64,000 nucleotides of DNA, from positions 38,496-102,495 of the IMG/VR virus record IMGVR_UViG_3300013121_000028; one strand, 5' to 3'. Source of the stretch: a virus (taxonomy: Duplodnaviria > Caudoviricetes). Shown here piece by piece: positions 17,716 to 27,278 of this stretch (position 1 is the stretch's first letter; each line of letters begins with the position of its first letter). The notes below the pieces were generated by a model that searched no databases, was not told the origin of the DNA, and saw only the letters and a program-made list of their open reading frames with translations. The translations under genes were made by a program, and so were the position numbers.

Positions 17716-20127
17716 TTAAAACTCATTACTTGTTATTGTTGCTTCTGTATATATACCTAAATTAATTAAAGTTATCGTATTTGATATATCAACAGTAGGT
17801 GTATTTGTAAATGCAAAATAAGCTTCAACAGGTTCATTAGGACTTCCGCCCTGTATTGAAGTAGCATTATTTATAATTTTAGCTGTATTTAATCTTAATT
17901 TTCCCCAATTAGGAGTAGAACCACCAAAAGCATTATAAGCCTTACCTATTGTGGGTGCTTCTGTACCTACACCACTTTTATTAACTAATTGACAGCTATT
18001 AATATCTACCTGAGATACATTAGATGAACCACTATAATCACCCATTTGCAATAAGTAATTAAAAGCATCACTTATTATTGTATCTGCATTTATTTGAACT
18101 TTTGAAGATGAAACAAAGTAAGTTGAAAAAGTAAAATATTTAGATGCCATTGCAGGATTATCAACATACACTTTTCCATCAACAACTAATTTACCAACTC
18201 CATTTAAATCTAAAAAGAAAGCACCATTTGTTATGTTTGCAACACCATTAAAGAATATATTTTGTTGGCATCCACCGTCTGAAACAATTAAATGATTTCT
18301 ATCACCTTCTACACCACGACCTATATAATTATACTCACCTGTTATAAACGTGTTGCAATTATTGTTTCCTGCAATAAAATTAAATAATGCAGTTGAATAT
18401 CCCATTGACCTATCTATGAATAATCTCTGTACATTAATATAAGATGTAACTTTATAAGTAGGTGTACCACCATAATTCCATATTGCAGGTACTACTGTAT
18501 TCGATTGATTATAAAGACCAACATTTATATTTAAATTCAAATATGCAGGGTATATAACAAATAAAATAGTATTACATTCTACAATTTGTGCCGAAATAGA
18601 TAAGTTTGTTGGTGAAGTAGCTCCCGCCCAATGTCCTGAGTTTTCGTAATAAATAATACCATTTTGAATTATTTTATTTGCTCTAATAGTAACATTAGCA
18701 TTAAAAGACCCTACAAATTGCATTGTTGTTACTATTGTCAAATTATTTACATCAATTAAAATATTACCTGTATTAGCGGTATTAATATTAAAATTATAAG
18801 TAACAAAATTACCTTCTCCGTAAATAGAAACATCTTTACCTGTTACAGATAAATTAGTTCCGTTTGTTGACACTAATGTAGCTCCCTTACTTATATAATA
18901 ACTTAAAGCTTTAGATGTATTATAATAAAATAAACTATTAGTTGCAACATAATCATTAGGACTTGGATTAATCCAAATTAAATCTCCATCAACAGCCTCT
19001 TGAATAGCTTTATTTACTGTTTTAAAAGGTTTATTCATGTTATATGCTTCTGCATTAGCATCATCACCAAATACATCATCAACTAGAATAATATTTTGAT
19101 TAGATACGGGTGCTGTATCCATTTCACTACCGTCGTCAAAAATTATTTTTCCACTACATAATACAGTAATTAGATTTCTAGTGTATGCAAAACCACCGCC
19201 ACCACCTGTTGCACCACTCATTGTTGGATTTGCGAAACCAAAACCTACCTGTATAGGAGAAACGGTTGTTGTTATAGTATTACCGCTAACACCCGAAACA
19301 TTAGCAGTTAATGTAGCTATTGGTGAATTATAATCAATATTAACTTGAGAATAATCATCTGTATTTATAGCATCGTCTAAAAGAGTAAAAATTGCGTTAT
19401 CACGTAATCTTGTCCACTCATTGTTTGCTAAATTATATTGATATTGGTTTACACCACTTATTGTAACTATTGTTCCATCAGCAGGTGAATTTGTTCTATC
19501 TAATTGATTTGTGGCAGGTGTACCTCCACCTCCCTGTGTCCATTGTGTAAAATTAAACTTATAATACTTATTATTAACAGTATCCTTCATTACAAGTTCA
19601 GCACCAACAACATTGTTTCCAATCTGAAAATTAAGTGCATCATAAAAAGGCAAATAAACTCTATCAGCGACATTACTTAAATCTCCCCAACCATCAGCGT
19701 TCCATAAAGTACCACTTGGCATTATTGGATTTGCCCAAACCCAACCAACAGGGTCTAATATTGGATTATATATTGGTTGTGCCGATGCTCTTGTTATAGC
19801 TACATCAGTATCAATATTATCTACTTCACTTCCACCATTAGTATGAACAAAATTAACATCATTACCAATAGAAACATCTTTATGTAAATTTATGCTACAA
19901 AAATCACTAGGAGATTTAGGAACTAAATTATTATCAGCGACACCATCTTTATACCAATATTCTTGATTACCAATTAATACCGTCAAACCTTTAGAACGAT
20001 ATGTTAAAGGTATAGTTGTATTAACCTCATTAATATCAGCATAAGGTGTAACTCCATCCTTTAGATACTTATTATCTAAACTTTTACCTGACTCACTCTG
20101 TAAATTATCGTTTAATATTATTGACAT
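17716..20127 (-). CDS. receptor-binding spike/fibre with C-terminal parallel beta-helix
   Basis: VDDVFGDD...KPFKTVNKAI...GDLIWINP beta-helix cap followed by N/I/G-rich repeats. Confidence 0.7.
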   Translation of the reverse strand: MSIILNDNLQSESGKSLDNKYLKDGVTPYADINEVNTTIPLTYRSKGLTVLIGNQEYWYKDGVADNNLVPKSPSDFCSINLHKDVSIGNDVNFVHTNGGSEVDNIDTDVAITRASAQPIYNPILDPVGWVWANPIMPSGTLWNADGWGDLSNVADRVYLPFYDALNFQIGNNVVGAELVMKDTVNNKYYKFNFTQWTQGGGGTPATNQLDRTNSPADGTIVTISGVNQYQYNLANNEWTRLRDNAIFTLLDDAINTDDYSQVNIDYNSPIATLTANVSGVSGNTITTTVSPIQVGFGFANPTMSGATGGGGGFAYTRNLITVLCSGKIIFDDGSEMDTAPVSNQNIILVDDVFGDDANAEAYNMNKPFKTVNKAIQEAVDGDLIWINPSPNDYVATNSLFYYNTSKALSYYISKGATLVSTNGTNLSVTGKDVSIYGEGNFVTYNFNINTANTGNILIDVNNLTIVTTMQFVGSFNANVTIRANKIIQNGIIYYENSGHWAGATSPTNLSISAQIVECNTILFVIYPAYLNLNINVGLYNQSNTVVPAIWNYGGTPTYKVTSYINVQRLFIDRSMGYSTALFNFIAGNNNCNTFITGEYNYIGRGVEGDRNHLIVSDGGCQQNIFFNGVANITNGAFFLDLNGVGKLVVDGKVYVDNPAMASKYFTFSTYFVSSSKVQINADTIISDAFNYLLQMGDYSGSSNVSQVDINSCQLVNKSGVGTEAPTIGKAYNAFGGSTPNWGKLRLNTAKIINNATSIQGGSPNEPVEAYFAFTNTPTVDISNTITLINLGIYTEATITSNEF

Positions 20128-20141
20128 TTTATTTTTTTCTT

Positions 20142-21293
20142 TTAATTATTTCTTAATTCCATTGGTAATGATACTGCACTTTGATAGTTTGCAATATAAA
20201 TTTTATAATTTATTCCATTCCATAATACTGTTGGACTATCAATTGAAATTATTTCAGGGTCAGGAAATAAATTACCACCTGCAAATACAGCACCGCCAAT
20301 ATTTCCTGTATTTAATGCGTTAACATACCATATAGTTTTTGATGTGCTTGAAGCAGGTATAGCAAACCACATATAATCGTCAGGGGTTGTATTAAACGAT
20401 AGTGTTATTGTACCATTTGAAGGTATAACTAATTTTGTTCCTGAATCTATTAATGCTTGATTTGCAACAGGTCTGTTTTGTCCTGAACCCGCACCACCAC
20501 TTGCTACTTTTCCATAAAATACAGGGTATATACTTGAAACATTAAAATTACCTGAATTAAACGGAGTTGCCTGAGTGTTAACAGCCTCACCTCTCCAATT
20601 TTGTGATATTGGTGATGTATTAACTATTGTACCAATATCAACATTTTCAGAACCATCATTAGCAAGACCTGATGCTATTAATACATTTGCATTAACATCA
20701 CGTATAGCTATTGAATTTGGTTGAACATTCGCACCATTTGATATTGACCAATTAAATGTCTTAACTCCACTTAAATCAACACCTACTTCAATTAAAGTAG
20801 ATTGACCATTTATTGAAAAAGAGTTAAATGCAGGTGGAATATAAGGATAAAGTAAATTATCCCACATTTGTTGCATTGTTTGTGCTATTGGAAAAGTACT
20901 ACCTGCGGGATAACCACCAACACCTATTGTTGTTGGGTTAGGATTAGTATAAGTAACATTACCACCACCACCTTGAACTATTGATAATGAGGCAATAAAA
21001 TCTTTAATACCTGAAACGCTTATCTGACAAGATATTCCATTTTCATTTAATATTATTTGTTGCTGACCATTAACCCTATATCCTTCAGGTGCTACTAATA
21101 TTATATTATTATTAGATGCGTTTTCGTAATAGTCGTTAACATAAAATTTCCTGTTAACAAAACTTTCTCTTGATGTTATTGGAGGTAAATATATTATACA
21201 TGGATAATCCCTTACATCAGCTTCAATAAACTCAAAATTATCTTGAACTGATAATTCACCTAATGCTGTTACTGTTATTCCTTTTTGATTCAT
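20142..21293 (-). CDS. virion fibre/spike-associated structural protein
   Basis: beta-rich; YTNPNPT..GVGG.PAGSTF and MWDNLLYPY...YMWFAIP fibre-like modules. Confidence 0.6.
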   Translation of the reverse strand: MNQKGITVTALGELSVQDNFEFIEADVRDYPCIIYLPPITSRESFVNRKFYVNDYYENASNNNIILVAPEGYRVNGQQQIILNENGISCQISVSGIKDFIASLSIVQGGGGNVTYTNPNPTTIGVGGYPAGSTFPIAQTMQQMWDNLLYPYIPPAFNSFSINGQSTLIEVGVDLSGVKTFNWSISNGANVQPNSIAIRDVNANVLIASGLANDGSENVDIGTIVNTSPISQNWRGEAVNTQATPFNSGNFNVSSIYPVFYGKVASGGAGSGQNRPVANQALIDSGTKLVIPSNGTITLSFNTTPDDYMWFAIPASSTSKTIWYVNALNTGNIGGAVFAGGNLFPDPEIISIDSPTVLWNGINYKIYIANYQSAVSLPMELRNN

Positions 21294-21302
21294 TTTAATT
21301 TT

Positions 21303-21986
21303 TTATAAATTCTTTAGCATATTAATAATTCTCGGACACGGATAAATATCAACCTTATCCTTTCGGACAGAATTATGTGTGTAAATTCCATTATCACCAT
21401 TAAAAGCTCTTTTATTTAATGAGAATATATCATCATTATATATTTTACTTATATTGAATTTTTCACATAAATAAGTAACTAATTCTTTAGTTGCATTTAT
21501 TTGTGCATCTGTATATGAATGAAAATATTTATAACCTTTAAATGGAGTTTGCAATTCAGTAACTTCATCAGATGGTACTATTCCGTTTACGTAATTTCTA
21601 AATATACCATCATCATCTTTTGTAAGCTGACCCCAATTACATATTTCTATTCCTATTGATAATTTATCAAGCGACTTATATGGTAATCCAAAAGAATTAA
21701 ACATCTCTTGTTTTAATCCTAAATGGTATGCCCAATATTTTGAGCCAAAACATTGAATAATATCTCCGTCTTTTTCGTTATTTGAATTTGGTTGTTTTAC
21801 TTTACCTGAAATAATAAAAGAAGTTGCTACTCTTGTAGCATCTTGTTGCCAATATTTTGCAGTATTTATAGCACTTGGATTTCCCGCAGTATGGTGTAAA
21901 TAAATTTGTGATTTAGGGTGTTCTTCACGGAAATACTGATTATCTGTAAGATTTACCTGTATTAATTTTTTAATATCCAATGCCAT
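21303..21986 (-). CDS. N-acetylmuramoyl-L-alanine amidase (Amidase_2 endolysin)
   Basis: IYLHHTAG...WAYH...SIGIEICNWG...YTDAQI...THNSVRKDKVD. Confidence 0.92.
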   Translation of the reverse strand: MALDIKKLIQVNLTDNQYFREEHPKSQIYLHHTAGNPSAINTAKYWQQDATRVATSFIISGKVKQPNSNNEKDGDIIQCFGSKYWAYHLGLKQEMFNSFGLPYKSLDKLSIGIEICNWGQLTKDDDGIFRNYVNGIVPSDEVTELQTPFKGYKYFHSYTDAQINATKELVTYLCEKFNISKIYNDDIFSLNKRAFNGDNGIYTHNSVRKDKVDIYPCPRIINMLKNL

Positions 21987-22047
21987 TTTATTTTTATTTA
22001 TATTATATAATACAAAATATTATTTAATTTATTATGAAGTGAATTTA

Positions 22048-22224
22048 TTACTCATATCCTTCATCTTTCAATTTTTTCAATGTTAATTTATTTACTTTTA
22101 TAGCAAGACTAAAAGTATATACACTTAAAGCAAATAAGAATACTCCTACAACAGTACCAATTACTTCACCACGTTTTATTCCTTTTTCAATTTGATTTAT
22201 GCCATTAATATCATTCCCCATCAT
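22048..22224 (-). CDS. small single-TM protein (58 aa, not in ORF track)
   Basis: translated by hand: MMGNDING...VIGTVVGVFLFALSVYTFSLAIK...GYE. Confidence 0.6.
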   Translation of the reverse strand: MMGNDINGINQIEKGIKRGEVIGTVVGVFLFALSVYTFSLAIKVNKLTLKKLKDEGYE

Positions 22225-22237
22225 AACATTTTATTTT

Positions 22238-22669
22238 TTAAACATTAATTGATTGGTTTGAAGATAAACGACCAACCTTAACAATCTTATAATCTATTTT
22301 TGTTTTTGGGTCTGTAACATATTCAGGAACAAGCTTAACAAGTCTATTGTTTGATACATCCATAGTAACCTCTAAATAAGGACTACCCTTATCGTCTTTT
22401 TTAACTATTGAATTATAAATTCCAACAAAATTACCGCTACGGATAAATCTTTTAATAAAAGATTCGTTTACTAATGATGCCCTTTTATCTCTAATATCTC
22501 TGAACTTTACATGGCTCAAAACAATATTTTTACCTTCATTTACTGCTTTTTCAAAATTTTGAATTACACCTCTTACACCACCAACATATTCTCCGTTTCT
22601 CTCAACAGATACTACAAATCCCTTAATAGGGCTAGTTTGTTCATTAATTTTAATATTCCAAGTATTCAT
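22238..22669 (-). CDS. hypothetical protein
   Basis: 143 aa ORF in the late block. Confidence 0.6.
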   Translation of the reverse strand: MNTWNIKINEQTSPIKGFVVSVERNGEYVGGVRGVIQNFEKAVNEGKNIVLSHVKFRDIRDKRASLVNESFIKRFIRSGNFVGIYNSIVKKDDKGSPYLEVTMDVSNNRLVKLVPEYVTDPKTKIDYKIVKVGRLSSNQSINV

Positions 22670-22698
22670 TTTTTATTTTTTTATATTTATTATTATTT

Positions 22699-23064
22699 TT
22701 ATTTTACTTTAGCTTTTATTTCATACAAAACTTTAAGCATTTCATCTTGTTGTTTTTTCAAATCTGAAATTTGTGATTCTAAACTCTTAACTTTTTCTTT
22801 ATTATCAGTTGTATAAAATGTAGTATTTGAAAGAGATGATTTTATTTCAGAAATATCTTTTTTAAGTTCTTTAATATCCTGTTTTGTTTCCTCTTTGCTT
22901 TCATTCAAATCATTTAGATTACTATTTGTTCTAAAATAAAAAACTAATGATATTGTTAATGCACTAACAATAGCAACACCTAAAGCACCTAATATTGCTT
23001 TAAGTAAATGATTTTGTAGTGATTTTAATGTTAATGGTTTTTCTTGTGGTACAGTTGCTTCCAT
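22699..23064 (-). CDS. TM plus coiled-coil protein (lysis accessory candidate)
   Basis: one TM followed by a heptad coiled coil. Confidence 0.55.
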   Translation of the reverse strand: MEATVPQEKPLTLKSLQNHLLKAILGALGVAIVSALTISLVFYFRTNSNLNDLNESKEETKQDIKELKKDISEIKSSLSNTTFYTTDNKEKVKSLESQISDLKKQQDEMLKVLYEIKAKVK

Positions 23065-23104
23065 AATATTATTATTTATTTTTTCATGTTATTTATTCAA
23101 GTTA

Positions 23105-23653
23105 TTAAATTTTAGGACTTGTATCAAATAATATTTCAACTTGATTTTCATCAGCATTTCTAATGAAGTCCTGTGGCGTGATTAAATTAACATTTTTATA
23201 GCAATCAATTTCAAGATTATTAGTAAAATGTTGACAAAGTTCTGAACAAATGAAGCGATTCATTTTTCCCATTCCTACTAAATCTATCCCTGTCTTTTTT
23301 AATAAAGCTATTCTAGGTAATAAAAAATAATCATATTGTGTATCACGTTCAACCTTTTCAAATAAAGAATCAACTGATTTTTTAATCAATTCGTCGTCTT
23401 TTTCCTTTGGTCTAACTACACAAAAATACTCATAGTCGTTAATTCTTCTTGAAAGAGGTATAAATTCTATTCCAAAATGCCACATATCAATAGTGAATAA
23501 TCTATCACCAATACGTTTAACAACACCCGCATGGTTATAATAAGCTTTATCAAAATATTGTATTGATTTTGCTAATATTGAGTTTCCTCTATAAAGGACA
23601 ATATCACCATCCTTTATCTCATTTCTAACATTATAATACTCTTTACACTTCAT
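23105..23653 (-). CDS. permuted papain-like NlpC/P60 enzyme (YiiX/YaeF family)
   Basis: GDIVLYRG...YNHAGVV...YDY...FICSELC...ITPQDF. Confidence 0.88.
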   Translation of the reverse strand: MKCKEYYNVRNEIKDGDIVLYRGNSILAKSIQYFDKAYYNHAGVVKRIGDRLFTIDMWHFGIEFIPLSRRINDYEYFCVVRPKEKDDELIKKSVDSLFEKVERDTQYDYFLLPRIALLKKTGIDLVGMGKMNRFICSELCQHFTNNLEIDCYKNVNLITPQDFIRNADENQVEILFDTSPKI

Positions 23654-23671
23654 TTTTAGTTATTTTTTTTA

Positions 23672-24016
23672 TTAATAATTTTGATAAACAGCGTAACCAT
23701 TTTCAACCATCCAATCATTAACAGAAATAACCTTATCTCCAATATCAAATAATATTGTTGCTAAATACCTACCATATTTCTCCTTCTTATCTTTTTCAGT
23801 CTTAATAATTACTTTTCTATTCATTATTAATGAACGTAAAGCATCTCTACTTTTTATACCATTATCTTTTTCATCACCCCTTACTTCAGGTGCATTTATT
23901 CCTAAAAGTCTAAAGCTATTTTGAAATGATATATGGAAACCTAAATCAACTTTAGCAGTAACAGTATCTCCATCATACACATCTATTATTTCAGCTTTAT
24001 ACTCGTACATCTTCAA
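23672..24016 (-). CDS. thermonuclease (SNase-like)
   Basis: VYDGDTV...RLLGINAPE...EKYGRYLA...NDWMVENGYA. Confidence 0.93.
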   Translation of the reverse strand: MKMYEYKAEIIDVYDGDTVTAKVDLGFHISFQNSFRLLGINAPEVRGDEKDNGIKSRDALRSLIMNRKVIIKTEKDKKEKYGRYLATILFDIGDKVISVNDWMVENGYAVYQNY

Positions 24017-24447
24017 TCAATTAAATCATCAATTATCAACTCATTAATAGCAATCATAGTTTCAGCCTTTATACCTTTAATTTTTTTCAATTCACTTGCC
24101 TTAATTCTAAAAGTAATACCCTCAACTATTTTTTCATTTAATTCATTTATTTCTTTAAAATATTTATCTCTGTTTTCAATAGATTTATAAACATACATTT
24201 TATTACCATCAACCTTATATGTTCCATCTTTTTCATCAACAGGTATATTCTCATCCATTAAAGCCTTTCTTGTCTTATTGTATGCTATTTCAATAGGCAT
24301 TAATTTTTTAGTTAATTTTGTTATTCCGTAATTAATATCAAAATTATTTATATCTAATTTAGATAGTTCATTAAGTCCTTTTAAAATCCTAGATACTTTA
24401 ACATTAGTTATTACTACATCTGTTTTTTCATTGTTTTCCATAGTCAT
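24013..24447 (-). CDS. hypothetical helical phage protein (DUF1617-like)
   Basis: pattern similar to small proteins found beside fibre genes. Confidence 0.45.
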   Translation of the reverse strand: MTMENNEKTDVVITNVKVSRILKGLNELSKLDINNFDINYGITKLTKKLMPIEIAYNKTRKALMDENIPVDEKDGTYKVDGNKMYVYKSIENRDKYFKEINELNEKIVEGITFRIKASELKKIKGIKAETMIAINELIIDDLID

Positions 24448-24492
24448 TTTTTTGATTTTTTTTGGTTTGTTTTATTTTAATTTATTTATTTT

Positions 24493-25068
24493 TTATTGAA
24501 CATTATCTAATATGTAAACAAGTTGGTCTGCTATCTGCTGTGTAATGTATGGTTTAACAGGATTTACAGAAGCTTGAATTTTTGCTATTAAAGGTGCTGT
24601 TTGACCCTGTGCATATATTAACATCTCGTTATTTACATAATCTAAATAATCATAAATATCATTTGGTATTGATTGTGTGCAATAAATTTTTGCGGTAGCT
24701 AATAAATAATTTCTTCTGTTTATCCCAAAATCTATTATCTCTTGTGAGTTAAACATTTTTGTAAATTCTTTTTGATAACCAACATTTCCGTCTAAATCAT
24801 ACCACTTTACTGTTGTAGTAACACCAACAAACAATATACTTTGTTTTATATATGAATATTCTTCTTTTATAAGAAGATTTTGATAATTATTACCGTATTT
24901 TGATTGGTAATATTCTATATTTAATAATAAACCCTTTTCAGCACCAACAGCTAAATCACCATAGTTTTTTTTCTTTTCAAAACCGAAGTGATTATAATCA
25001 AACATTTCAGGTATTGTTATACCTGTATTTGCTATATTATCTATTTGATATATTCTTAACTCTGACAT
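24493..25068 (-). CDS. hypothetical protein
   Basis: 191 aa, downstream of the lectin-like pair. Confidence 0.55.
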   Translation of the reverse strand: MSELRIYQIDNIANTGITIPEMFDYNHFGFEKKKNYGDLAVGAEKGLLLNIEYYQSKYGNNYQNLLIKEEYSYIKQSILFVGVTTTVKWYDLDGNVGYQKEFTKMFNSQEIIDFGINRRNYLLATAKIYCTQSIPNDIYDYLDYVNNEMLIYAQGQTAPLIAKIQASVNPVKPYITQQIADQLVYILDNVQ

Positions 25069-25079
25069 TTTTTATTTTT

Positions 25080-26027
25080 TTAGCTATATATTTTATAAAT
25101 AGAACATTTATCTACCATTAAATTCATTCCTGTTGGTGTAGGTGCTGTCGGTGCTGATTTATTAGCAACGTAAAATGTTGGTTGTAGTGAGTTTCTACCA
25201 CCCGCAGGTATAGCACCCCTAATAGAACCCGCAGGTACATTTGATAAATTTGTTAATGTTGTTAATAGTATAGAATCCCTATAAGCTCTAACCTCATTTA
25301 ATGAATTATCATAAACTATTGAGAAATTTCTCCAATTAGTATCAGGTAATACACCTAAATCAACTATTGTATTAGCAGTAGGTGTTCCGTATGTAGCTCT
25401 TGCTAATAAAAACAAATTGGTTATACCACCTGTATTATATCCCGAAATATTAGATGGGTCGTACATAATAGCCAATGTGTTTCCTGATGCACCATTAGCC
25501 ATACTATTAGTATTAATCCAACCAAACATACAAACAGAAGATACCGCAGGTATAACCATAGCGGGTGTTGGTGGTGATGTTGTTTTGAATCTTATTTTAA
25601 AACTCAACTCAGTATATAAACTATCTGTAAATCTCAATAAATAGTTAACTCCTGAAGAATACTGTATCCCAACTCTTGCGTTTGCTGTAACACTTGGAAC
25701 ATATATTTGACAAATACCTAAAGTTCCCAACTCTTGAGGGTTATTATGAACAGTAGTTCCACTTGAACTAAATTGAGAAAAACCTGATGGTAATGCTCCT
25801 ATCTCAAAGTCTTGTGAATAAAAATATGTTTTTGGTGAGCCAATAGAATTATAAGGTATAAAGTCAGTATTATTATTTCCTGTTTTATAGAAAATACCGC
25901 TACCGTCTTTTGTAATAACAATAGAACCTTGAGGAATATTAGGAGTTCCACCACCTAATAACGGATTAGTATCTGTATTAACAACTAAAACCTCTCCAAC
26001 AGTTTGTGTATCTAAAATATTTGCCAA
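25080..26027 (-). CDS. lectin/concanavalin-like spike protein, paralogue A
   Basis: beta-sandwich-like composition; clear paralogue of 26045-26965. Confidence 0.55.
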   Translation of the reverse strand: MANILDTQTVGEVLVVNTDTNPLLGGGTPNIPQGSIVITKDGSGIFYKTGNNNTDFIPYNSIGSPKTYFYSQDFEIGALPSGFSQFSSSGTTVHNNPQELGTLGICQIYVPSVTANARVGIQYSSGVNYLLRFTDSLYTELSFKIRFKTTSPPTPAMVIPAVSSVCMFGWINTNSMANGASGNTLAIMYDPSNISGYNTGGITNLFLLARATYGTPTANTIVDLGVLPDTNWRNFSIVYDNSLNEVRAYRDSILLTTLTNLSNVPAGSIRGAIPAGGRNSLQPTFYVANKSAPTAPTPTGMNLMVDKCSIYKIYS

Positions 26028-26044
26028 TATTATTTTATTAAAAA

Positions 26045-26965
26045 TTAATTATAAACCCTAAAAACAGAAACTTTATCAACTCTTAATGACATTTGACTTA
26101 AAGGAGGTGTTGTTGTACTATTACCAACATAAAAACAAGGTAATAAAGCATTACCCGCACCAACAGGTATATTACCTCTAACAGAACCCGCAGGTACATT
26201 TGATAAGTCTGTTAATGTAGTTATTAAATTATTATTCAAAATAACCTTAACATTATTTTCAATATTATTATATAATATTGACCATTTATCCCATGTAACA
26301 GCGTTTGGTAAAACACCTAAATCAACTAATGTGTTTGCGGTAGGACTTCCGTAAGTTGCCCTTGCTAACAAAAAAAGATTAGTTATACCACCTGTGTTAT
26401 ATCCCGAAATATTAGATGGGTCGTACATAATAGCCAATGTATTTCTTGTTTGACCCGAAACAGAAGCATTAGTATTTAACCATCCAAAAATGCAACACGA
26501 ATCTGATGTTGGGAATCCCCCATCCCACCTAACCTTAAAATTAATTAATGTATATAAAGCATCAGTAAACCTATTTAAATAATTTATAGCATTACTATAC
26601 TGAATACCACTCCTTCCATTAATTAAAACACCGCCTCTTATACGACCTATTCCTATAACCTGCCCCTCATTAGCCTGACTAAAATCAGTAGTTCCACCTG
26701 CATTTGTTGACTGATTCCAACCCGTAGGTAAAGAACCTGTATCAAAATCACTTGATAAAAAATAAGTATTTAACTCACCATAAGGATTAGCACCCGTAAT
26801 ATAATCAGTATCAGAGCTTCCAATCTTAGTAAACAAACCACTACCATCAATAGCTAAACAAATAGAACCTATCTCAGATGGTGTACCACCACCCAATCTT
26901 GGGTCTGTATCAGTAGTATGTATTTTAACTTCACCTACTGTTTGTGTATCTATTATATTAGCCAT
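26045..26965 (-). CDS. lectin/concanavalin-like spike protein, paralogue B
   Basis: shares MANI.DTQTVGEV N-terminus and NTLAIMYDPSNISGYNTGGITNLFLLARATYG with paralogue A. Confidence 0.55.
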   Translation of the reverse strand: MANIIDTQTVGEVKIHTTDTDPRLGGGTPSEIGSICLAIDGSGLFTKIGSSDTDYITGANPYGELNTYFLSSDFDTGSLPTGWNQSTNAGGTTDFSQANEGQVIGIGRIRGGVLINGRSGIQYSNAINYLNRFTDALYTLINFKVRWDGGFPTSDSCCIFGWLNTNASVSGQTRNTLAIMYDPSNISGYNTGGITNLFLLARATYGSPTANTLVDLGVLPNAVTWDKWSILYNNIENNVKVILNNNLITTLTDLSNVPAGSVRGNIPVGAGNALLPCFYVGNSTTTPPLSQMSLRVDKVSVFRVYN

Positions 26966-26994
26966 TTATTTTAAAATAAAATAAATTTAATTAA

Positions 26995-27243
26995 TTATGT
27001 ATTTGGGTATTTTGTTGAAACAAATTGAGTAGCGAATAAATTCATTTCCGCCTCATTTTGATTAATTGTTTGTCCTTTTTCAAGTTCAAAAAATGAACTA
27101 TCTGTATTTGTAAATCCTTTATACACTTGACCAACTATTCCCGTAGTTATAAGAATATTTATTCCATATTGCTCTTGTCCATCTTTATCTTTTCTTGTAT
27201 ATGGATTACCTATTGCTTTAACTGATTTTAATTCGTATTGCAT
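26995..27243 (-). CDS. hypothetical protein
   Basis: 82 aa, between spike genes. Confidence 0.55.
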   Translation of the reverse strand: MQYELKSVKAIGNPYTRKDKDGQEQYGINILITTGIVGQVYKGFTNTDSSFFELEKGQTINQNEAEMNLFATQFVSTKYPNT

Positions 27244-27278
27244 CTTAATTATTATTAATTGTTATCATTAATTAAACA

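Noticed and set aside
25080-26965. Diversity-generating retroelement template/variable repeat pair
   Set aside because: No reverse transcriptase in the window, both copies lie in intact paralogous genes, and there is no adenine-specific mismatch series
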